NCBI GenBank assembly: GCA_048213135.1
Contig: PS015197.1
Span: forward strand, 72,971 to 122,334
Source of the DNA: Reclinomonas americana ATCC 50394
Taxonomy: Eukaryota
Direction of reading: 5' to 3'
DNA length: 49,364 nt
Position numbers and translations under genes: made by a program
Shown: positions 1 through 12,486 of the stretch, piece after piece
Position numbering within the stretch: position 1 is the stretch's first letter
Layout of the letters: each line of letters opens with the position of its first letter
Notes under the pieces: generated by a model
The model's database searches: none
What the model saw: the letters and a program-made list of their open reading frames with translations, nothing else
What the model was told of the DNA's origin: nothing

Positions 1-56
1 CAATCCACCCTTTCGTTCTCCACGTGTATCCATTATCTTGTATGAAGCAAGCATAG

Positions 57-96
57 CTGCTGTACGGCCGAAGGACGGAGTGTACGGTACGAGCAG
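57..96 (+). other. Mate-pair library internal adaptor left in the assembly (artefact)
   Basis: ctgctgtacggcc(g)aagg(a)cgga(g)tgtacggtac(g)agcag matches, from memory, the SOLiD/EcoP15I-type internal adaptor CTGCTGTACGGCCAAGGCGGATGTACGGTACAGCAG with four single-base insertions. Bases 1-57 before it are a near-exact copy of ~2517-2573, about 2.5 kb away, as expected for a mate tag. Confidence 0.8.
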
Positions 97-377
97 AGAG
101 AGAGAGAGAGAGAGAGATAGAGAGAGAGCTATAGAGATAGTTTCGGACTGGCTGAGGCTATTGGGAACGAGAAAAGCAAAGACAAGATGACTTTCGTGTC
201 CTCTCTCTGTGGATCACTTCTGATGGTCTCCTCTCATTGGAGATCAAGCAGCCTGGTCGGCATTCCATTGTAGCAATCTTTTGTAGTCGTTTTCCATTCT
301 CCGTCAGAGTCGCCCTTGCTCTTTCCCTTCGCCATTACCACCTTTGCCTATCACGACATTCATTATTTTACACCTCC

Positions 378-3300
378 TCACCTCACCATCCACAACCCCA
401 TCTGATGCAAGCGCACCCACTTCGCAAAATCGCCAAACACATGCACCTGCGAAACAAAAATGATGAGCACGGACTGAGACTGAAAGACAGCGACAGGCAG
501 ACAGAGCGACATAGAGACACAGACACAGAGACGGAGAGACAGCAACAAGAGAGCAAAAGTCAAAGAGCTAAAGAATAATAGAGAACGAAACAACTGGAGA
601 TTGCACTGAAATTATCAAGTCAGTCAGATGTGACCCCTGCTTGAAGGAGATCAACAGGATTGTGACACACCGAAATCTACTCTCAGCCTACAACAATCAA
701 GTCTCTCCTCCCTTCCCCCCTTCCCCCCTCCCCCTTCCCCTTTCTACCACTTCCCCTTTCTACCCCCTTCCCTTCCCCTTTTCCACTCACCACCGCCACC
801 GCCGCCGGATCCAACAACCCCACCTCCGCCAACCTCTCAAACCCCGTCGGACTGCTCACTTGCCGCACATCAAACCAATCGAACCGCAACCGCCCCAACC
901 GCACATGATAGTCGATAATCTGCGGCAACAGCAGCTGCTCATCGTACTCGTCCCAGTGCTGATCGAGAACGCCAATCAAATGCGCCAGCAACCGCAGCGA
1001 GTACACCGTCGGCCGAATCGTCCACACACCGGCGCACGTGGGGAAGTGGCGCTGGTGCTCCTGGCACACGTGGGGCCACTGCGCGGGAGTGAGGGAGGGC
1101 GAGCAGGACAAGAAACAGGTTTTCGCGCGCGCACTCACCCATCGATTGGTGTACAGGAAGCTGCGCAGCGGGTACAGCCACGGGGCGCGCATGCGTTCCT
1201 CCGACGTCGCACGCATGACGCGCGTGTAATCGTGCTGGAAGCTCCACAAGTCGGCCTGCGCCAGCATGTCGGGCGCCGTGGCCGCGTCCGTGTCGTGCAC
1301 TTGCACGAGGTGCGTAATATGGCTGGCAAACACGGCGTCAATGTCGGCGAAGAACGGGCGGTAGCCGCAGCGCACGAGCATGTAGGCGACGATCCAGCGG
1401 GTGTTGATGGCGGCGGGGAGGCCGATGGGAGTGGGTTTGTTGGAGTGCCTGGGGAGGGGAAGGTCGTGAGGGAAAGATGGGTGAGGGGAAGGGATACGAG
1501 GGGAAGGACAATAGGGGAAGCAGAGAAGAGGGGTTTTCTCTCTCTGGCAAGCTTTCTTCAGCAAGATAGACATCTGTCTCTCTCTTTCTATATTCTCTTC
1601 TGTCATTCTCATCCGACGTGAAACACGCAGAGCAGACATCAATCGAAACTGAACGTCTCCCTTGTGCTAAATTCCTGCGTTCTCACTTTCTCAGATGCAG
1701 TTCTGCCAGGCACGTAATGTTCGACAAGCCGTCACTCTCTTCATTCTCGTTTCAACTCACGCTCTCTTTCTCTCTCTCATCCGCCCCATAATCATCCTTC
1801 ATACTCTTGTCTTTTATGGTGCCACATCAATCAAGCATCGCCGACATCGTACAAAGCACCTCTTTCAAACGAGCGACCATCATCACGCACATGCTCCCTC
1901 TGTTCCTGTTGCGCACTGCATCTCCTTCTTTCTCTTGTCTCTTACTCATGCAATCATCGCAGTCATCGAACGATTGCAGCTTCGTCAAACGTGAAACCAT
2001 CGCCAGCTCAACAACTCTGTCTCCCTCTCTCTCTCTCTCTCACACACACACTAGCAATCCCGTCAAACTAATACTTAAGTCAGCACGGTCAACCTCTTTC
2101 TCTCTCTAAAATAATGACACTCACACTCACAAGTCTCCTCGTTCTTCACTATTCACGGTCAACAAATACTTTTATCAGCACGGTCAACCTCTTTCCCTCT
2201 CTCTCTCTCTCTCAAATAATGACACTCACACTCACAAGTCTCCTCGTTCTTCACTATTCTCCATCACGCATCAAATGAGCGTCGCAAACATCCAAAGCTG
2301 CTGCCTTGGCAAATAACGATCGCCGTGCTCACTCAGTCCTTCTCTCTCTTCTCTCTATCCGTCCGTGTGTCTTTCTATGACTCTCACACAATCCATCCTT
2401 TCGTTCTCCCGTCTATTCATTATCTTGTAAGAAGCNNNNNNNNNNNNNNNNNNNNTCGCTCAGTCCTTCTCTCTTTCCTTCTCTCTATCTGTCTGAGTGT
2501 CTTTCTATGACTCACACAATCCACCCTTTCGTTCTCCAGTGTATCCATTATCTTGTATGAAGCAAGCATAGCAGACATCGAAGGGGGCATTGTCTTCAAC
2601 CAGAAACGATCTCCACTTGCTCTCACTCTCTCACTCTCTGTCTCTCTCTCTTCCTTCACCCTCTCTTCATCACATCTCATCTCTCGCATTCACTCACTTT
2701 CAATCTCTTCCTTCAGACCGTCTTTTCGCTCCTTGAATCTCAGCTTACTATCCCACTCGCTTGAAAAAACAACCCCCCATTCATCGAACCCAACACACAC
2801 CACTGCATACTAAACCTCTCTCTCACACACACACTCTCTCTCTCTCTTCCTTTCCCTCTTTCTTCCACTCCTCCCTTCCCCTTCGATCCCTTTCCCTCAC
2901 ATCTCCTTCCCCTTTTTATCCCTTTCCCTCTCGACGCACCATTGAATCTCATCCAACACCGCCGCCGCCTCCCTGCCCCTCCCCAGCAACTCCCTCACCG
3001 CGTCATACGCCTGCCGATTCGAGCAAAACACCAACGGCAACACANNNNNNNNNNNNNNNNNNNNNNNNNNNNNNNNNNNNNNNNNNNNNNNNNNNNNNNN
3101 NNNNNNNNNNNNNNNNNNNNNNNNNNNNNNNNNNNNNNNNNNNNNNNNNNNNNNNNNNNNNNNNNNNNNNNNNNNNNNNNNNNNNNNNNNNNNNNNNNNN
3201 NNNNNNNNNNNNNNNNNNNNNNNNNNNNNNNNNNNNNNNNNNNNNNNNNNNNNNNNNNNNNNNNNNNNNNNNNNNNNNNNNNNNNNNNNNNNNNNNNNNN

Positions 3301-5616
3301 NNNNNNNNNNNNNNNNNNNNNNGGGAAGAAGAGCTTTAGCTGCAGGAAGACGAGAAAGAAAGAGATCGATTACAAATTACCTTCCAGTTTCATCCTGCAC
3401 GCAGAAGCGACTCGTTCCCCTTTTCTCTCTCTTGATTTTATCCCTCTCCTCTCCATGATTTGTCTCGCTTCCTCTGTCGCCTTCTCTTTCTCAACCAGCC
3501 TCCCCAGTTCTTGCCGCTCTCTTTCTTGTTCAACCGCATTCAAAGATTTGTCTTAACTCCTCCTTGCTCCTTCCCTCTATCTATCCATCTCACTCTCTCA
3601 ACCAATCTCTCCTCTCTCCATTCTTCTCTAATCTAACTTCCTTCCTGCTCTCCCTCCCTCTCTGAATCTATCTCTCTCTGTCAACCAATCTCCCCTCTCT
3701 TCTGTCATCTCTTATCCTCGCTCCACCACACTCGATATTGTCTTACTTCCTCGTTGCTCTCCTTCTCTCTCAATCTTTCTCTCCTTCTCACCCTTGACCC
3801 TTGACCCCTTGATCCTCGCTCAACGACACTCANNNNNNNNNNNNNNNNNNNNNNNNNNNNNNNNNNNNNNNNNNNNNNNNNNNNNNNNNNGTACCCACTC
3901 TCTCAATTCCTTACGATCTCTCATCGCGCCCTTTCCTACTCCGTCTTCGTTCAACGATCTTCTTTGGCCCAACTCCCTTTCTCTAATACCAATCATTCCC
4001 AGCCACGCTTTCTCCCAACGTCTTCCTCGATCAACAAGCATTACAACACGCTCTCCCTTCTTATTAGTCATATCTTTTTCTCTCCCCTTTCGTCCTTTTC
4101 CCTTCTCCTTCTCCTCCCCATCCCTCCCCATTCCCTTCCCCATTCCTATTCACCTTTCACCACCCCCGCCTCCTCCCCATACGCCGACACACACAGCACA
4201 GCCTCCCACGACGCCTGCCGCCAACTACCCTTCACCGCCTCCACCATCAACGACCGCCCGTACATCCACTCGGCCAGCAACGGTCGGTGCACCTCCGTCG
4301 TCATTGGCAGGGGTGGGAGGTTTGTCGTGTTGGCCAGTGGTGGCAAATTAACAGGCTGCCACCACTCGCGAGGTCGCTGTGGGGTGGTGGGGGAGGTGAG
4401 CGAGTCAGAGGGAGTGAGAAGAGAGGGGGTGGAACGGAACCACTGGCAAATAGACGCCCAGCTGGCACACCACGTGCCGTTTTGCGGTCAAATGCGGCAC
4501 CATCTGCGGGGTGAAGGAAGTGAGCTTGGACTCACAATCTCTCATACTATCACGGTCTCATTGTGTGCGTCTTTCGTGCTCTGCTCTCCCGCTCCCCCTC
4601 ACTCCCGTTGTTTCTCTGTCTCTCTCTTTGGTTATTATTCACTGCGTCTATTGTTCTTTTTCTCCCTCGTTCTGTTTCTCACTCTCCTCTTTTCTCTCTC
4701 TCTCTCTGGCTGTGTGCGTGAGTGAATCTGCAAGCGAACTTGGAGTGCATCACTCTCGCTCGCTTTCTCTTTCTCTCTCTCTTACTTTCTGCCTGAGTGC
4801 GTGAGAGAATGTACACACGTGAATTTCTCAGTGTGTCCATCTCTCTTTCCTCCATCCGAGCGTCTTTCTTGTTGACTGTCCCTCTCTCCTCCTCCTCTCT
4901 CTCTCTCTCCAAATTCTCTTTGCACATTTGAAACCAAGCGTCTCCCGTCTTGTTTGCATCTAGATGTCGATTTCTATCCTTTCCTACTTCATGTCCCTCT
5001 TGAATAATCACCTTGTCAAACACCTCCCACCCGGCCTGCACAATCGGCTGCACCATGTCCGCCGTGAGTTTGTTCTGCTCAACAAACCGCTCCGCTGCGA
5101 TGGACAGAAGGAGTGAGGGCGAGGAATGCAGAGCCGCTGCGATAGAGACAAACCAGCAGCGCGCAGCGTGCGCGCCTCGTGGAAAAACACCTGCTTCATC
5201 TCGCCGTGGATGCCCACTTGCCAGCCATCGACGCGGTCGGCGTTCAGCGTGTTCAGCGCGATTACGTCGTGTCGCACGTCATAGCGCATGACGTCGTCGT
5301 TGGAAGTGGAGGCGAGCAGTGCGCCGCAGCCGAGGCGAATGGCGCGGTCGCGCTGAGGGGGGAACAATGAAAATAAGGAAGAAGGGTGCAGGGGAATGAA
5401 GGGAAAGGGTCAGATAGTCAGATTGGATGAAGAGAAGACAAAGGAAGACGCCATGGGAACCTCGCCTCCCTCACTTTCTTTTTCGTGCGCTCTTTCCTCT
5501 CGCATATTCGTTCTCCTTGTCCCTCATCTTCCTTTCCAGTCTTACTCTTCATCTTGCTCCCCTCTGTCCTCCCTACAAGTCAACTGTTCTGTGTCTTCTC
5601 TCTTTCTCTCGCTCTT

Positions 5617-5664
<48 letters not shown>

Positions 5665-6287
5665 NNNNNNNNNNNNNNNNNNNNNNNNNNNNNNNNNNNN
5701 NNNNNNNNNNNNNNNNNNNNNNNNNNNNNNNNNNNNNNNNNNNNNNNNNNNNNNNNNNNNNNNNNNNNNNNNNNNNNNNNNNNNNNNNNNNNNNNNNNNN
5801 NNNNGTCTGTCTGTCGCACTTGTCCCCTCCCACCCCTTCCTCTCTCCTTATCCTCTTTCCCCTCTCCCACACACACTCTCCTTCCTATCTTCTCCTATCA
5901 CTCTGTGCCCTTGTCTCCCTCTCCTTCTCCTCTTTCCCCCCCCTTCTCCTTCATCCCCCCTTCTCCCCTTCGCTCCCACTCACCACCAACTGCTCATACA
6001 CTCGCAGCTGCCCCTGCACATCATCATCCGGCACTGCCACAGAAACATCACAATAAACTCGCCTTTTCCCCCACTTTTCACCCCATTATCATCACCACCG
6101 ACTCACCCACATCACGCAGCACTGCGTGCACGTGCGCATCGCCCACCTCAATGCCCACCTCGCGGAATGCCTCCAGTGGGATGTCGCCCACAGAGTGCCC
6201 TTCAACGCACAGCAGAGGCGAGCAAAGAGAGAGGAGGAGAAGGAGGAGGAGGAGGAGCAGGGAGAAGAGGGAGGGAGAGTGTGACAT
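378..6287 (-). CDS. Multi-exon nucleotide-diphospho-sugar transferase (PF03407 / GT77-like), N-terminal signal or anchor
   Basis: Phase-consistent GT-AG exons: 6287-6107, 6033-5984, 5352-5154, 5094-5012, 4503-4441, 4376-4154, (gap)3044-2940, 1448-1139, 1078-791, 446-378 (TGA). Starts MSHSPSLFSLLLLLLLLLLSLC (hydrophobic). Catalytic part has RWIVAYMLVRCGYRPFFADIDAVF (DxD), CAGVWTIRPT, DEQ and a C-terminal HVFGDFAKWVRLHQMGLW, in the motif order typical of this family. Some coding sequence lies in the N gap 3045-3321. Confidence 0.8.
2080..2259. repeat. Intronic ~75-95 bp direct repeat, 2 copies
   Basis: tcagcacggtcaacctctttc...aaataatgacactcacactcacaagtctcctcgttcttcactattc occurs at ~2080 and ~2175. 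Confidence 0.75.
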
Positions 6288-6679
6288 GAGAGAAGGAGAG
6301 AGAGAGAAGTGAGGCAAGAGAGAAGGAGAGAGAGAAGTGAGGCAAGAGAGGAGAGAGAGAGAGGAGTGTGTTTGCCAAGGAAAACTGAAGTGAGCAAGAG
6401 TGCGAGTTAGGTGCTGCCTTCCTTAACAAAGAGAGTGTGTGAAGGAGGCCCTTGATCCTTGATAGGGCGACTCGGGTGTTCCCACGGAGAAAAACGCGCG
6501 AAAGTGTTGCAGGACACGGAGTTTTTCCATCATTCTCTCCACACTTTTTCGCACGCACTCTCGCCTCTTTGCTCTCTTGCACTCGTGCACTCACTCCGCG
6601 TCAACCTCATTCGCTCACTCTCAAATTTAATAGTGTTCGATTTGCACTTTTTCTCTTGTTTCTTTCGCACTCTTCGCGG

Positions 6680-7388
6680 GCAAACAAGCGATGCACGCAG
6701 AGAACACACTGCCAAGCCACACGCACACTCGGGCACTCAACGCACACCGCCGCTCCTCGTGCACAACAAAGTTGTCGTGTTTGTTCGGAAAATTCAAGTT
6801 TGACGTTGCCGGACGTCTCTTTCAATAGCCACGCACACTCTCTGAAATTCATGCACTCACTAGCTGTCCCCGCCCCCCACACTCACCGTTTGCATCTCGC
6901 TCTCTCGCTCTTTCACTGTTCGAAATCATCAAATTTTATAAAATCTCTGTTGCTTCTCCTCCACTCCTCTCTCTCGCGCAAACCAGATATGCGCACAGAG
7001 AACACACTGCCAAGCCACACGCACACTTGGGCACTCAACGCGCACCGCCGCTCCTCGTGCACAACAAAGTTGTCGTGTTTGTCCGGAAAATTCAAGCTCG
7101 ACGTTGCCTGACGTCTCACTCGCTCTGTACGCACACTCTCTCAAATTCATACACTCACTAGCTACCTCCGCCCCCCACACTCACCGCTTGCATCTCGCTC
7201 TCACTCTTTCAATGTTCGAAAACATCAATTTCATAAAAAATCTCTGTTGCCTCTCCTCCACTCCTCGCGCGCGCGCAAACACGATATGCACGCAGAGGAC
7301 AAGGTTTCCATTGTAGCGCACAGTTGATCACTCAACGCACCACCACCGCTCCTCTTTGCAAAACAAAGTTGTCGTGTTTGTCCGGAAA
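6680..7388. repeat. ~299-bp tandem repeat (about 2.4 units) between two divergent genes
   Basis: Core gca(c/a)aacaaagttgtcgtgtttgt(t/c)cggaaa at 6761, 7059 and 7358 (period 298/299). Flanking blocks such as ccccccacactcaccg and cactcactagct also recur. Confidence 0.85.
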
Positions 7389-7540
7389 GGACATTGGCGG
7401 CTCTCTCTGCCGCTCCATTGTCCAACAAAACGACGAACGTCGTCCCAAGTCTCTCTCTCTCTGTCTCTCACAGTGAGTTGAGAAAGCACACTCACTTGCT
7501 TAGTGTGTGTTGTCTCGTGTGTGTGTGAGAGAGAGCAAGA

Positions 7541-10500
7541 ATGCCGGTGGAAAGAGTGTTCCTGGATCCGATTGTTCATCGGTGAGGAAAGAGGAGTGAC
7601 TTGGTTGAGACAGACTCTCTCTCTCTCTTTCTGTCTCTCTCTTGCACTCTCATAGCGCTGCGTCTCATGTGCAGCTTCTCTTGTCTTTTCAATCTCTCTC
7701 ACTGTTGATCTCCGAGTCATCACGTTTGTTCTTCTCTGTCTTCTCTCTCTGTCTCTCTCTCTTGCACACTCTTTGCACTGTGTGTCTCACTTCTCCCTTG
7801 CACTTATTCACTCACTGAATCGCCTTTTTCTCTCTATTTCGCTCACTCTCGTTCTCTGTCTGCTCTCTCTCTCTCTCCTCCCTCTCTGTCTCTGTCTCCT
7901 CTCTCTCTCTCTTGCACACATTGCACTGCGTGTCTCACATGCGCTCACTTCTCCCTTGCACTTATTCACTCACTGAGTCGCCTTTCTCTCTCTTTCTCGC
8001 TCACTCTCGTTCTCTGTGTCTGCTCTCTCTCTCTCTCTCCTCCCTCTCTGTCTGTGTCTCCTCTCTCCTCTCTCTCTTGCACACATGCCCTCACTTCTCC
8101 CTTGCACTCACTCTCAAGATTGTCTCTCTCCGTAATGATCTCTTGAGTCCTCGCGCTCTGTCACCTCTCATTCTTTACTCTCTCTCTCTCTCTCTTCCCA
8201 TTCCCTTGCACTCTCCGTTTCTCTTGTGCCACGTTGTCTCTGTGCACTTGCTCCTCTCTTCCTCTCTCACTCTCTCTTGAGCAAGAGAGATGACTGAGAG
8301 AATGAGAATACGTCGGAAGAATGAATTGAGCATGCGCACGAGTGCAGGGCGACAGAGAAACATAAGAGAGAACGAGTGAGCCAAGAGTGAGAGGTGACTG
8401 AGTGAGCGTGTTCTCCTGTCTTTCTCACTCGTTCTCTCTCCTTTGATCGTTGAGTCACTCCAGCTCCCTCTCTCTTTCCTTGTCGTTTCTCTCTCACACA
8501 TAGACAAACAAACAGACACTCATAGAGAGAGTCACTCTCTCTCTTTCTCTCTGTGTCTATGTCTCATCCCCTCTCATCCCCTCTCTTCCCCTCCCTTCCC
8601 CTCTTCCCCTCCCTTCCCCTCTTCCCCTCCCTTCCCCTTCTCCCTCACCCCCTTCCCCCTTTACCCCCTCCCCCTTTACCCCCTTCCCTGTTTAGGTTCC
8701 TTCTCACGCACAACGGCGGCTGCTCCACCCCCGACAACGCGGCCACCCCCACCCCTTCCGCCCACAACGCCAAGTCCGACAATGCAGACTCACCCTCTGC
8801 CGCCGCCACCCCCGCCTTTGGTGGCGTCCGCTTCATGCCCACACCCCCGCCCTTCCCTCNNNNNNNNNNNNNNNNNNNNNNNNNNNNNNNNNNNNNNNNN
8901 NNNNNNNNNNNNNNNNNNNNNNNNNNNNNNNNNNNNNNNNNNNNNNNNNNNNNNNNNNNNNNNNNNNNNNNNNNNNNNNNNNNNNNNNNNNNNNNNNNNN
9001 NNNNNNNNNNNNNNNNNNNNNNNNNNNNNNNNNNNNNNNNNNNNNNNNNNNNNNNNNNNNNNNNNNNNNNNNNNNNNNNNNNNNNNNNNNNNNNNNNNNN
9101 NNNNNNNNNNNNNNNNNNNNNNNNNNNNNNNNNNNNNNNNNNNNNNNNNNNNNNNNNNNNNNNNNNNNNNNNNNNNNNNNNNNNNNNNNNNNNNNNNNNN
9201 NNNNNNNNNNNNNNNNNNNNNNNNNNNNNNNNNNNNNNNNNNNNNNNNNNNNNNNNNNNNNNNNNNNNNNNNNNNNNNNNNNNNNNNNNNNNNNNNNNNN
9301 NNNNNNNNNNNNNNNNNNNNNNNNNNNNNNNNNNNNNNNNNNNNNNNNNNNNNNNNNNNNNNNNNNNNNNNNNNNNNNNNNNNNNNNNNNNNNNNNNNNN
9401 NNNNNNNNNNNNNNNNNNNNNNNNNNNNNNNNNNNNNNNNNNNNNNNNNNNNNNNNNNNNNNNNNNNNNNNNNNNNNNNNNNNNNNNNNNNNNNNNNNNN
9501 NNNNNNNNNNNNNNNNNNNNNNNNNNNNNNNNNNNNNNNNNNNNNNNNNNNNNNNNNNNNNNNNNNNNNNNNNNNNNNNNNNNNNNNNNNNNNNNNNNNN
9601 NNNNNNNNNNNNNNNNNNNNNNNNNNNNNNNNNNNNNNNNNNNNNNNNNNNNNNNNNNNNNNNNNNNNNNNNNNNNNNNNNNNNNNNNNNNNNNNNNNNN
9701 NNNNNNNNNNNNNNNNNNNNNNNNNNNNNNAGAGAGGGGGGAAAAGTGGGCAGGTGTACATTTCTTTCGCTCTTGTTTTCGTTTCGTTGCGCACTCAGGA
9801 GAAGATGGTGGCTTAACGTGATTGCGTAAGAGAGAGAGAGAGGAGAAAGGCTGCGTATCCGTGTTCTTCTCCCATCTCTCGTTTCCCTGAGAGAAGGGAA
9901 TTGCTGACTGAAGCGACGAGTGCACACACGCACAGAGAGAGAGACAGAGGTCTGCAGAATGCAAAGGAATTCATCTCTGTCTCATTTCTCTCTTTCTTTT
10001 CGCTCTGTTCTCGTGTCTTTCGCTTGCAGAGTAGAGAGAAATGTTGACGGGCACGAGCATGAGGCTTTGAGATCGAGAGAGGAGTTCCCTCTCCTTTCTC
10101 TCCCTCCCCTCTCTCCCACTCCTTCCCTCCCCTTATCTCTCAATTGCCCGCTCACCCCTGCAAGAGAAAAAGAACGCTGAGAGTGAAGAACGAAGCTGGC
10201 ATCCTCAGTCTTTCTCCATCTTTCCTCGTCACTCGCTTCCTCTGTCTTTCACTCACTTACGGACGAAGAACGCTAGTTGTGGTAAGCACAAGCGTGAAAA
10301 TAGAGAATGAGGCCAGAAACATAACAGCTCCTCTGCCTCTCGTCTCTTCGCCCCCTCTGTTTTCTCTCTACCCATTTTATTTACCCACCCATTCCTGCTC
10401 TTCATAAATCTCTTCTCCTCCTCCTTCTCCCTTCCCTCTCTCTTTCGTTCTCCCTCTCGTTCTCCCTGTCCTTCTCCTTGCCCCTTTCATTTTCCCTCTC

Positions 10501-12396
10501 CTTCTCCTTGCCCCTTACATTCTCCCTCTCCCTCTCCTTCTCCCTCTCCTCTCTCCTCTCCTTCTCCCTCTCCTTCTCCCTCTCCTTCTCCCTCTCCTTC
10601 TCCCTCTCCTTCTCCCTCTCCTTCTCCCTCTCCTTCTCCCTCATATCCCTCTCCCTCTCCCTCTCCTTCATCCCTCTCCTCACCCTTCGCCTCTCCCTTC
10701 CCCCTTCCCCCCTTCCTCCCCAGACACGGCCTGCATGACAGAACTGGCATCAGCACTGCGAAACCGCATCTCCGTCCTGGAAGAAGCCAAGCCATCCACT
10801 CGTTGCGCCCTTACTTCCCCCTCCCCCTCCACCCCTCCACCCCTCCTTTCCCTTTAATCCACTCACCCTCCCCCGCACCAGGCCGCTCACCTCGCACCCC
10901 CGGCTCACCGCGCCAGGGACCACCGCTGGAGCTGGAATACCCCGACCCGGAGACCTTTCGCGGCGACCGCATCAACCTGCGTCTCCCTCCCAGCACCGAT
11001 CGACCCATTCGACGTGCCTCGGCACCGCTGCCCATTGTCGTGGCGGCTCCTTCCAGTCCTGCATCTCCACAATCGCCGTCGTCAAACTCGTCGTCGGCGC
11101 GAGGAACGCCGCGCAGCTTGCAGTCGCCGCGGTGGCGGTACGACTCGTTGTCACGCTTGACCACGGGCCAGAATGTGTCGGCGGGAGTGTTGCGTTTGTG
11201 TGGTTGATGGAGGCGCTTGTACTCTGCTGAAATATTCACTGTTATTGTTTGGCGCAGCTTCATGACGCAGTTGGACACGGCCAATCTGCAAATGAGGACC
11301 GCCGACGACTCCATGGATATGAGTCGGTATCGACGGCGCCGGTCGGCGGTGCTCACACAACGCTCGGTGCGCACCGCGGCGCACTCGCAGGCCGAATTTA
11401 ATGGTGGCATTAGTGAGATGGAGAAGGTTTACAGTTGCGTGAGAGAGACATCTCTTTCGTGTTCTCCAGCCAGATTACTTCACCTGTTCTTCTCTGCGTG
11501 CATGCTTGTGTGCTACACTCTCCTTGTGGGGTTCGGTCTTGTCTCCCAAGCACGGTTGTTTCTCTCTACCGCTCTCTCTCTCTCACNNNNNNNNNNNNNN
11601 NNNNNNNNNNNNNNNNNNNNNNNNNNNNNNNNNNNNNNNNNNNNNNNNNNNNNNNNNNNNNNNNNNNNNNNNNNNNNNNNNNNNNNNNNNNNNNNNNNNN
11701 NNNNNNNNNNNNNNNNNNNNNNNNNNNNNNNNNNNNNNNNNNNNNNNNNNNNNNNNNNNNNNNNNNNNNNNNNNNNNNNNNNNNNNNNNNNNNNNNNNNN
11801 NNNNNNNNNNNNNNNNNNNNNNNNNNNNNNNNNNNNNNNNNNNNNNNNNNNNNNNNNNNNNNNNNNNNNNNNNNNNNNNNNNNNNNNNNNNNNNNNNNNN
11901 NNNNNNNNNNNNNNNNNNNNNNNNNNNNNNNNNNNNNNNNNNNNNNNNNNNNNNNNNNNNNNNNNNNNNNNNNNNNNNNNNNNNNNNNNNNNNNNNNNNN
12001 NNNNNNNNNNNNNNNNNNNNNNNNNNNNNNNNNNNNNNNNNNNNNNNNNNNNNNNNNNNNNNNNNNNNNNNNNNNNNNNNNNNNNNNNNNNNNNNNNNNN
12101 NNNNNNNNNNNNNNNNNNNNNNNNNNNNNNNNNNNNNNNNNNNNNNNNNNNNNNNNNNNNNNNNNNNNNNNNNNNNNNNNNNNNNNNNNNNNNNNNNNNN
12201 NNNNNNNNNNNNNNNNNNNNNNNNNNNNNNNNNNNNNNNNNNNNNNNNNNNNNNNNNNNNNNNNNNNNNNNNNNNNNNNNNNNNNNNNNNNNNNNNNNNC
12301 GTTTCTTCTTCGTCGTCGTCGTCGTCGTCGTTCGTGTCGTCGTCTACTACTCTCGTCGTTCGGTTCGGTTCGTTCGTCGTACTACGTACGTCGTCG

Positions 12397-12486
<90 letters not shown>

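Noticed and set aside
1-96. Dispersed repeat shared with ~2517-2573
   Set aside because: It is followed directly by a mate-pair adaptor sequence, so it is most likely a chimeric library read.
641-1621. 326-aa plus-strand ORF and the many low-complexity ORFs (poly-SL, RE, CV, HT, K/E) in the track
   Set aside because: These are antisense shadows of real exons or translations of microsatellites and N runs.
2329-2573. ~105-bp direct repeat flanking a 20-N gap
   Set aside because: Probably an unmerged contig overlap with a low-quality end.
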